A stretch of DNA of 63,935 nt, counting the filler, from Candidatus Zapsychrus exili (lineage in GTDB: Bacteria > Omnitrophota > Gorgyraeia > Zapsychrales > Zapsychraceae): the NCBI GenBank assembly GCA_030765585.1. It is 5 parts of 5 records of this genome, joined end to end, with 100 filler letters (N's around TTAATTAATTAA, not from the genome) between each part and the next. Parts side by side here need not be neighbours in the genome. Positions count along the whole stretch, not along the records: positions 1 to 14,243 come from JAVCCJ010000100.1; positions 14,344 to 25,141 come from JAVCCJ010000068.1; 3 more parts are not named here. One strand, 5' to 3'. The notes below the pieces were generated by a model that did not search any database, had not been told where the DNA came from, and worked only from the letters and a program-made list of their open reading frames with translations. Positions within the stretch are counted from its first letter, which is position 1. Every line of letters begins with the position of its first letter. Shown in pieces: positions 10,756-19,155 of the stretch. The position numbers and the translations under genes are program-made.

Positions 10756-11627
10756 TTGTTTGGAAGCAAAATATCTTCATCTTCTATTGAAAGTTTATCT
10801 ATTTCTTCTTTTATTTCACAAACTTTATCAAATAAATTTAAATTCTTTATATTCTCCCGCAGATGATCAAGCCCATCTATTCCAATTACAACCTTATCAA
10901 TATATTCATCCAGTAATGCATAATTCAAACATAAAGCGCTTATTGAAATGTCATTCTTTTGCGATATATCTCTTATCTTGTTCAAATGATCTTTTGCCTT
11001 AGGTAGATGACCTTTCAAACTATTTGGATCTAAAAAGAAAAGCCCTTGCAAAAAAACAGACCTTACATGTATTTCAACATTCTTCTGTTTTAAAATATTA
11101 AAATAACGTTCAAACCTTCTATCAAAAATACTATAAGGAACTTGTATCAAATCAAAATTTATATTCTTGCTCAAAATAAAATCAAGATCTTTAGTATTAT
11201 AAAGCGAAAATCCTATTTTGCTCACCAACCCTTTTGCTTTTAATCCTTCAAAAGCATTCCACAACCATTCCTTCTCTACAAAATCCTCAAACCTATGCAA
11301 TAGATATCCATAAAGACTATCCATATTAAGTTTCTTTAAAGAATTACCAATAATCTCCTCTAAATCTTCGTCTCCGTCAACTGAAAGCTTAGAAACAACA
11401 TTAAAACTATCTTTATTTTTTAATAGGAACTCTCCTATAATACTTTCGCTGTCACCATAAGTACATGCTGTATCCAAACAATTTACTCCCACATCCTTAG
11501 CATAATTAAGTATTTCATAAGATTCTTTTTCAAGAATTTTTCCTCTATTATTTGCAATACCATAATCTTGTCCAAACTGAACAGTACCAAGAGCAATACG
11601 ACTCACATTTAAAGAAAATTCTTTCAT
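10746..11627 (-). CDS. Aldo/keto reductase
   Basis: LGTVQFG, DTA..YGDSE, KIGFSLY and RSVFLQG motifs. Confidence 0.9.
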   Translation of the reverse strand: MKEFSLNVSRIALGTVQFGQDYGIANNRGKILEKESYEILNYAKDVGVNCLDTACTYGDSESIIGEFLLKNKDSFNVVSKLSVDGDEDLEEIIGNSLKKLNMDSLYGYLLHRFEDFVEKEWLWNAFEGLKAKGLVSKIGFSLYNTKDLDFILSKNINFDLIQVPYSIFDRRFERYFNILKQKNVEIHVRSVFLQGLFFLDPNSLKGHLPKAKDHLNKIRDISQKNDISISALCLNYALLDEYIDKVVIGIDGLDHLRENIKNLNLFDKVCEIKEEIDKLSIEDEDILLPNKWS

Positions 11628-11629
11628 TC

Positions 11630-13792
11630 CTATTTAGTCACCTTACCCTCTACAATGTCTTTAATAGATGAAATAACCTTATCAACATCTTTTGTACTCA
11701 TTGATGGATAAATAGGAATCGAAAGACACTTTTGATAATATTCTTCAGCATTTAAAAAATCTCCCCAATTAGTTCCAAAATTTTCTCTATAAAAAGGTTG
11801 AGTATGAACAGGAATATAGTGAGCTTGAGTATAAATATCATTCGCTCTAAGATGACGCATAAATTCTGACCTTGAAATGCCTATCTTTTTAAAATCAAAC
11901 AACAAAACATAAAGATGAAAATTGCTATTACAATAATCAGCTTCAAAAGGAACAGTGATACCATCAATATCCTTAAAAGCATTATTATATATATTCACAA
12001 TTTCTCGTCTCCTGTCAATAAATCTAGAGATCTTTTTCATTTGAGAACAACCCAACGCACACTGAATGTCTGTTATACGATAATTAAATCCTAAACAAAT
12101 CTGTTCATAATACCATGCCTCTTTCATAGGTTCAGAATCTTGAGTTTTAGACTTTTCAAAAGCATTCTCTTTATATATGAATTCTTCTGTATCGCTTGTG
12201 ATGCCATGAGACCGCATATACTTTAACTTCTTATAAAATTCTTTATTTTTTATTAAAACAGCTCCGCCCTCACCCGTTGTAACATGCTTAACAGGATGAA
12301 AGCTTAATGTCACCATATCCGAATAAGCACACGAGCCTATTTTTGTATCCTTATATGTAGACCCTAGCGCATGAGAAGCATCTTCAATAATATATATTTT
12401 ATTACCATATTTCTTTTCATATTTTTTTACAATATTGTAAATTTCTTCCATATCACAACTTTGACCAGCGAAATGAACAGGAATAATAGCTTTTGTCTTT
12501 TCTGTTATTTTTTTTTCAATCTCTTTTGGATCAATATTGTATGTCTTACTATCAATATCAGCAAAAATAGGTTTAGCTCCGCAATAAACTATCGCATTGC
12601 TAGATGCAACAAATGTATTTGGAGAAGTAATAACTTCATCCCCAGGCCCAACTAAAGCAGCAAGACATGCTATATGCAAAGCTGATGTTCCTGAATTAAC
12701 CGCTATGCAATAATTAGAACTTGTAACATCCATAATAGATTGTTCGAATTCAGCTATTTTAGGACCTTGAGTTAAATAATTAGATTGAAGAACTTCAACA
12801 ACAGCTTTAATATCATCTATCATAATATTTTGTCTGCCATAAGGAATATGATCTAAGACCGGATATGCTCTTATAAAATTATTAGGCTTAAGCTTCTTAG
12901 AAACATCTTCTTGATAATCATCAAAAAATATTTTTATAGATTCCTCAACAGATGGAAAAGCACGCCCCAAAGCTTTTTCCATCTTGCTAACATCAAGACC
13001 TAAATTCTTCCTCCTCTTCGCTTTCAAGTCAGCCTGATCAATCGATGCAGATTCTATAAGAGAGCCATCTAATCTAAAATAAGAGGCTATTTTAGAAGCA
13101 AATTCATTTTTCGACATATAAGTAGAACTTGCACAGTTATATATACCCTTTAAATCTTTTTCAATTGATTCATCAATAATTTTTGCCAATTCAAAAGTAT
13201 AAATTGAGGAAAAAAACACATCATCGAACCCTTTAATGCTCCTTTTATGAGAAAGCTCATGAACAACCCACTCAGCTAAACTAAATTTATCCTGAACATT
13301 CCACCCAAAGAAGTTTGTTCTTAAGATTAAAGCTCCGCCTTTCTTGAGAGATTCTTTTTCTGCTTGATGCTTAGTGTAGGCATAACTATTAGGCGGGTTT
13401 ATGTTGGATTCTTCTTTTAAACCATTTTCTTCTGCTTCACCATAAAGCAAATCAGTCGAAATATGCACAAGCTTTACATCTTTAGAATCAATATAATTTA
13501 CAATATTTCTAGTACCTAAAACATTTACTTGATATGCTAAATCTTTGTTTTCTTCACAATAATCTACATTCGAAATCGCTGCACAATGAAGAACAATGTC
13601 TGGCAAAAAATTATCAAAAACTTCTTTAACAGATTTCTCCGAGGTCAAATCAACCTTTTGTATTTTTATGCCTTCCATTTCTACAACATAAGAACGGTAC
13701 AACCCTAAAATATCATACTTATATCTAAGACAATAAGCTACATTGCTACCAAGAAGACCGCTTATTCCAGTTATAAGAAGTTTTTTCTTCAT
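11630..13792 (-). CDS. pseC: Fusion of an RmlD-like SDR (N-terminal) and a PseC-type UDP-4-amino sugar transaminase (C-terminal)
   Basis: N-terminal LITGISGLLG, HISTD and YAYTK; C-terminal IPYGRQ, LTQGP, NSGTSALH, EDASHALG, SFHPVKHVTTGEGG and GFNYRITD. Confidence 0.85.
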   Translation of the reverse strand: MKKKLLITGISGLLGSNVAYCLRYKYDILGLYRSYVVEMEGIKIQKVDLTSEKSVKEVFDNFLPDIVLHCAAISNVDYCEENKDLAYQVNVLGTRNIVNYIDSKDVKLVHISTDLLYGEAEENGLKEESNINPPNSYAYTKHQAEKESLKKGGALILRTNFFGWNVQDKFSLAEWVVHELSHKRSIKGFDDVFFSSIYTFELAKIIDESIEKDLKGIYNCASSTYMSKNEFASKIASYFRLDGSLIESASIDQADLKAKRRKNLGLDVSKMEKALGRAFPSVEESIKIFFDDYQEDVSKKLKPNNFIRAYPVLDHIPYGRQNIMIDDIKAVVEVLQSNYLTQGPKIAEFEQSIMDVTSSNYCIAVNSGTSALHIACLAALVGPGDEVITSPNTFVASSNAIVYCGAKPIFADIDSKTYNIDPKEIEKKITEKTKAIIPVHFAGQSCDMEEIYNIVKKYEKKYGNKIYIIEDASHALGSTYKDTKIGSCAYSDMVTLSFHPVKHVTTGEGGAVLIKNKEFYKKLKYMRSHGITSDTEEFIYKENAFEKSKTQDSEPMKEAWYYEQICLGFNYRITDIQCALGCSQMKKISRFIDRRREIVNIYNNAFKDIDGITVPFEADYCNSNFHLYVLLFDFKKIGISRSEFMRHLRANDIYTQAHYIPVHTQPFYRENFGTNWGDFLNAEEYYQKCLSIPIYPSMSTKDVDKVISSIKDIVEGKVTK

Positions 13793-13806
13793 AATTAAAT
13801 AATTTC

Positions 13807-14243
13807 CTATTCCATATTTCGCTTTTTAATATTTGAGCTAGACTTATTTAATTCTGACTCAAAAAATGTATAAAACTTACCAAGATCTTTTTCTGCAAAC
13901 TTGCGTTCATCTTCTGTATTAAAGGTAATCTGCGGACCATCATGCTCAAAAACAGCCAATTTCTTACGACGAATTAAAGAAATAAAAAAATTAACCAAGC
14001 CTTGGCCATCGTCTAAATCTAAAGATTTCACAGATACTTTTTCTAACTAAGATACCTCTAAAATAAAACTACCTATGTAGTAATTTAAAATCGGTTTCTC
14101 AACAAAAGACTTAGCCCACCCTTTTTGATCGAATGTCAAAAGCCCGAAAGGATTTTGAATTTTAGCACTAACAATAGTCGCAGAAGCGCTGCGAAGAGTA
14201 TGTGCCTTCATCAACCCTTTAATATCAAGATCAATAAGAGTAT
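13807..14243 (-). pseudogene. Sugar-phosphate nucleotidyltransferase, C-terminal half (5' end cut by gap), with in-frame TAG at 14047-14049
   Basis: Reading through the stop gives ...SATIVSAKIQNPFGLLTFDQKGWAKSFVEKPILNYYIGSFILEVS*LEKVSVKSLDLDDGQG...; FGxL and FVEKP are NTP_transferase motifs. Confidence 0.7.
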
Positions 14244-14343
14244 NNNNNNNNNNNNNNNNNNNNNNNNNNNNNNNNNNNNNNNNNNNNTTAATTAATTAAN
14301 NNNNNNNNNNNNNNNNNNNNNNNNNNNNNNNNNNNNNNNNNNN
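14244..14343. other. Artificial contig linker (Ns plus TTAATTAATTAA)
   Basis: 100 nt with six-frame-stop spacer; same design at four places. Confidence 0.97.
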
Positions 14344-16124
14344 ATGTTAGAAACATAAAGAGTGTCAGCAAAAGGCTTGTTTTTATTAAGCCACTCATTA
14401 AGTTTATTAAAGAAATCTGAATTAAAATAATCCTGGTTAATGGCAATTATTCTATCCTCAATAAACATCTTACGAATATGCTGGAATGTTTTTTCATATT
14501 TAACAAATCCAAACATAAAATTTTCCAAATTATAGAGCAAGTTTCCAACTTTAACGCTTAAAACTCCTACTTTTTTTTGAGCGTAATGATCTTTAATGCG
14601 TTCTGAAAGCTTTTTCGTAAAAATACTCGCATTTACAGTGTCGTTTTGTTTCATAATATTAGAAATAATTTTAAAAAGCTCCATTACTTCCGGATTAATG
14701 TCAATAATTATTCCATATTGAGATTTTCGAGAAGCCATAATATCTAAATTTTGCAACCCTGATGTCCCTATATGAACACGTATTTCATTTTCATAAAAAG
14801 GAGTACTGCCCCACAACTCCGAAAGCATTTCATCAAATTTACTTTCATTGGTATGGAAGAATGGTATGGAAGAATGAATTTCAATCTCTTCAGGTAGTAG
14901 CTCTAAGGCCTTAAGCTCTTTTAATTTTACAGCTGGTCCATCAAAAGCATCTTCAACCTTATAGTTTTTATAACGCTGCTGCATAACATAACGTGGAGAA
15001 TCTCTATCTGCTACCATCGCTTTATCAGTTGGCTTTAGCTCAACTGTCACATTTTGCGAACCCTTTGCGCTTAATATTGCTTTATCCGAAACAGTATCAA
15101 CCTCTTTATACGCAGTCAAAAGCGCCTGATCAAATTCCACACCACCAGAAAAATATTTCTTAGGAATTATTTGTTTAATTATTGGGTCATATTCTTCTTT
15201 TATGTAGTTATAAGCGCCGTCTTTAAACATTTTAAGATACTGATTATATATCTGCTTAGGATTTCTATCTTTTGCTTCTAATCCTTTAATCTTGTCTTGA
15301 TTTACATATACCTTAGATAAAATAGATGTCTTTAAGTTGCGCTTGTACCAAGTAGCGAGTATTAAAGAATTATATATCTGGCGTAACGGAGCAAAGGCTG
15401 ATGCCTCATTTACTTGATGCTCTAGTTCAGGGACAATTATTGATTTAATTAAATCAACGTTTAAATTCTTATCTAGAGCTTCCTTACCACTATTCGCCAA
15501 ATACTCTTCTTCTAAAAGCACCTTAAGTTTTGCTTCAACGACAAACGCAGTATTATCATTAGTGTATACAGTAGCCTTAGAAGGCACTATCCAAACTCTG
15601 TTTAAAATATCAGTATCTATATCAGTCGTTCCATATTGTTCTTGTGCTTGAGCGTATATCTTATCCCAAAACTTCTTACCTGCCTCTGCCTTTGGATGCA
15701 TTAAAGATGCTGTTATTTGTTTTAATATATAGTCCTGTGCTAGTAAGTCGCGACCCATTTCAGTTGTTCCAAAAGATTCTTCAACTATCCTATCAGGCTG
15801 TTTAGGGTTTAGATTAACCCACATATCAGATTCTTTTGTGGTTAAAGAAGCTAGAAAATACTTAATAAGCTTGGTTGATTGATCTTTTATATCCCTAGAT
15901 TCAGAATCAACAATAAAATCGAATTTTAAAGGATTATTAGGATAAACTTTGAGGCCTTTTATGATTGTAGGACTTAAGAGAGAGTTTGATACAGCAGGCA
16001 GGCTTATATTAGCTATTTGGGCATAACTAGGTATAATAGTACTAAAAACAAAGAAAAATAGCATAAAAATACTAATTATCTTAGAAAAGAACCTATTTTT
16101 TAAATTATATATATAAAAAGACAT
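14344..16124 (-). CDS. Secreted modular protein, paralog 1 (conserved N-terminal domain plus DKAM-initiated SAM-methyltransferase-like module); 3' end cut by gap
   Basis: Signal-peptide-like N-terminus (...VFSTIIPSYA|Q); N-terminal ~365 aa closely match 42620-45757 (NPLKFDFI, KLIKYFLASLT, GRDLLAQDYILKQITASLMHP, LRQIYNSLILATWYK, PKKYF.GG). Confidence 0.85.
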
Positions 16125-16221
16125 GAAATTATAACAATAGTACTATTAATAGATAATTATTAGTTGATGAGTAAAGAATGCCATATTTGGAGGGAAAATG
16201 CAAATAAATCTAAGGGGAGTT

Positions 16222-16247
16222 CAATTCGGTCCGCGCGGACCGAATTG
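16222..16247. repeat. Perfect 26-bp palindrome CAATTCGGTCCGCGCGGACCGAATTG
   Basis: Self-reverse-complementary; immediately after the addB-like stop codon. Confidence 0.9.
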
Positions 16248-16248
16248 G

Positions 16249-19155
16249 CTAAATATCTAGTACAAAATCAACATCTGGATTTAGTATCTCACTTACAACA
16301 AAATCCAATGATTTCAAGAAAACCTGATTTATTTGATCATAGGAGTAATTTGACTTAGGATTGATAAATCTATGCATAACAAGCGTACGTAGATTATAAA
16401 GAGCAGCATCAATAGTCTCACCCTTAAACTCCTTGCTCAAATAATTAAAATAAAGCGGAACCTGAAAAGACTTTATATTGTCCCTGATTGATTCTCTAGA
16501 CAATTTCATAGAGGCAAACTTTTCAATATCATTTGCCAACTTTTCAGCTATACCTGTCTTATAATCTATAACCATAACCGTGCCATCTTTTAATCTATCA
16601 ATTCTATCAACTATATACCTAAATTTTATCTTTCCGCAAGAAAGCTCAATTGAATCTTCAAAATTATTCTCTAAAAACATAATCTTCTCTATCTGTCTTT
16701 GTTCGTTTGTTCTTTCATTTTCTAAAAATCTACTTAAACGTTCCCTGATTACGCTTTTAAGCAAAAACGCATCTGATTTCATTGACTTTTCAAATGTGTC
16801 GGTAAATTTATCCTCAAACATATCAAAAAACTTGTTCTCAAATGCTTTATCAATAATAGGGACTTTATTAACAAAAGGTTTAAAAGCATCTTCTAGTAAT
16901 TCATGAACAAAAGTTCCGACATGTCTTGCTTCTGGCTCATCAAGCAAATCATCAGTCTCTCTTAAGCGCAAAACATAATTATAATAAAACTCCATTGGAT
17001 TCTTAAGATAGGTATTTATGCTAGACGCTGAGAAAGTATGCCCTTTTAAAAATTCAACCATCTCTTTTGTCTTTTTAACAGCGACCTCTTTTTTATGCAC
17101 TTTAACATCAAAACTTGCTTGTTTTATATCTATAACATCTATTTTATTTTCTTTCTTTTGTTGATCCCAAATCAACTCCTCAATAAAACGACTCTTCTCT
17201 TTTTCTTTGCTCTCTTGATAAATCAAATGAACATTTTTGGCAGACGATATAATGCGCATAAATTGATATCTTTGAATTTCTTCCTCCAGTTCCAATCTAT
17301 CAAGCCCTAGACTTATCATAATCTCTCTTGGTATAAGCGGCTCATACACATTAAGCTTGGGTAAAACTCCTTCATTAACATCTAAAACAATTACATTCTC
17401 AAAATTTAACGACCTTGTTTCAAGGAGCCCTAAGACTTGAAGCCCTTTAAGAGGAGAACCAGAAAACGAAATAACCTCACGAGATATTTTATTATCAAAT
17501 ATCCTAAATATTTCTCGAGAATCTAGTTTCTCATCAACAAAAGAAACATTATCAAACTCTTCTTTTATTCTATACATCCTCTCTGCTATATTTATGTTCA
17601 AAGGATAATTCTTTAAAAAACTTTTATTTACTAATATATCCAAACAATTTTGTAAAGAACAAGAAAAATCTTTTAAGCTTGTTATGTTCTCCCAACCTTT
17701 AAAAACAATCTCGTGTATTTGCTTTAAAGTCTCAACTAATTCTTCTCTTTTAACTTCTATTTTAAGTCGTTTGGTCGTCTCTAACGTTAACGAATAAAGT
17801 TCATCTAACTTCTCTATTGAATCTAAACTAACAAAAGAACTTCCTGATATATCTGTCTTTTGTTTCCCAGTTAATATCTCCTCTATTTTATGCATTAAGA
17901 TTCTTGTAGCTGACACATCAGCGGCTATATGCAAATTCTTTACAAACGGATGCGACAACGCCTTAATATAATCTTTTGTATAATATTTGTTAGTTTTAAA
18001 AGTTTTTTGACTATTTATAATAAGCCCTAACAGCGAGTATAGACTGCTTCTTTTTAAAGGATATCCTACAGAAACATTAAAATTGTCTGATAAAGATGAT
18101 ATCTCGCCTATAAGCGGAATTACAGCCTCGGGATTAGGCAAAACTATAAGCGTATTATCTGTTTTCTTTATTGTTTTTAAAACATGTTTTGCTAATCCTA
18201 CTTGAGCGTGTACATCAAAACCTGAATAAATATTTAAATTAAATTCTGGCCTTTTAATACTCCCGACTTTTCCTAAACTTTTAGACGGTGGTCGGGATCC
18301 CGACTTTTTCGATTTATAATCGGGAAATGTCAAGACCTCTTCTATCTTACAATTAAAACTTTTTTGTATCCTCTCTAATATAGGCCATCTTTTAGCATCA
18401 CCCTGAAAAATAAGAGTTGCTTTATCCTTCTTATAAAGACTTTTTATAACGTCTTCTTCTGTTTTATGAAAATAAAAGAAATTACAAAATAAAATTTGAT
18501 CAAACTCATCAAAAGCTATATCCTCTACACACTTCGATGCAAATAAATATTGATACCCTCGAGAATAAGTATTCTGACTTTCTAGCGACTTATGATATTC
18601 TTGTCTTAAAAGCAAAACGCTCTTTAATATTTTGTTTATATCATCAGGCACATCATAACCTATCTCGGCGTTTGCACGAACCTGCAATAAAGCATCATTG
18701 CTTATATTTTCTATATCCAGAGAATCAATAAATCTTAATATTTCGCGTGCCCACGGCAAAAATTTATCAAAACTCTCTCTGCCCTCTAAAATATCGCAAG
18801 ACACATCTTGCGCAAGCTTATATATAAGATAGCAATTATCTAAATCTGAAATTACACCAAATGATTTCTTTTTTCGTGCTGTAAAAGAAATAAATTCATC
18901 AATAGAGAAAAATCTTGGAGGATAAAAACTAGTATTAAGTTCTTTCGCTAGCTTTCTTTTTAAAAACAAAGATGGACGTTTGCCTCCAAAGACAATTGCC
19001 ACGCGAGACAAATCTGGGGGACAGTCTCGCGGGACTGACCCCTTTGGGGTCTGTCCCTTTTGGGACAGTCCCCTATCTATATAATTTTCTTTTATATAGC
19101 ATTTAAGATTCTCTAAGAAATCTTCACAAAAACTATATGTAATAACTTTACCCAT
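16249..19155 (-). CDS. addB: AddB-like protein (inactive helicase-like body plus C-terminal PD-(D/E)XK nuclease)
   Basis: GLQVLGLLETRSLNF, FSASSINTY, VDRIDR...VIDYKTG and QVPLY motifs; paired with AddA-like gene. Confidence 0.8.
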   Translation of the reverse strand: MGKVITYSFCEDFLENLKCYIKENYIDRGLSQKGQTPKGSVPRDCPPDLSRVAIVFGGKRPSLFLKRKLAKELNTSFYPPRFFSIDEFISFTARKKKSFGVISDLDNCYLIYKLAQDVSCDILEGRESFDKFLPWAREILRFIDSLDIENISNDALLQVRANAEIGYDVPDDINKILKSVLLLRQEYHKSLESQNTYSRGYQYLFASKCVEDIAFDEFDQILFCNFFYFHKTEEDVIKSLYKKDKATLIFQGDAKRWPILERIQKSFNCKIEEVLTFPDYKSKKSGSRPPSKSLGKVGSIKRPEFNLNIYSGFDVHAQVGLAKHVLKTIKKTDNTLIVLPNPEAVIPLIGEISSLSDNFNVSVGYPLKRSSLYSLLGLIINSQKTFKTNKYYTKDYIKALSHPFVKNLHIAADVSATRILMHKIEEILTGKQKTDISGSSFVSLDSIEKLDELYSLTLETTKRLKIEVKREELVETLKQIHEIVFKGWENITSLKDFSCSLQNCLDILVNKSFLKNYPLNINIAERMYRIKEEFDNVSFVDEKLDSREIFRIFDNKISREVISFSGSPLKGLQVLGLLETRSLNFENVIVLDVNEGVLPKLNVYEPLIPREIMISLGLDRLELEEEIQRYQFMRIISSAKNVHLIYQESKEKEKSRFIEELIWDQQKKENKIDVIDIKQASFDVKVHKKEVAVKKTKEMVEFLKGHTFSASSINTYLKNPMEFYYNYVLRLRETDDLLDEPEARHVGTFVHELLEDAFKPFVNKVPIIDKAFENKFFDMFEDKFTDTFEKSMKSDAFLLKSVIRERLSRFLENERTNEQRQIEKIMFLENNFEDSIELSCGKIKFRYIVDRIDRLKDGTVMVIDYKTGIAEKLANDIEKFASMKLSRESIRDNIKSFQVPLYFNYLSKEFKGETIDAALYNLRTLVMHRFINPKSNYSYDQINQVFLKSLDFVVSEILNPDVDFVLDI
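18261..18325. repeat. In-frame palindromic element (TCCCGAC/GTCGGGA units) inside addB-like gene
   Basis: TCCCGAC 18261, GTCGGGA 18291, TCCCGAC 18298, TCGGGA 18320; encodes a low-complexity loop FPDYKSKKSGSRPPSKSLGKVG. Confidence 0.7.
19016..19073. repeat. In-frame palindromic element (GGGACAGTCCC-type units x4) inside addB-like gene
   Basis: GGGGGACAGTCTC, GGGACTGACCCC, GGGGTCTGTCCC, GGGACAGTCCCC; GC-rich island encoding GLSQKGQTPKGSVPRDCPP. Confidence 0.8.

Noticed and set aside
14244..14343. TTAATTAATTAA motif in N runs (also 25142, 54381, 60277)
   Set aside because: Artificial six-frame-stop linker. ORF ends and gene neighbourhoods across it are not biological.
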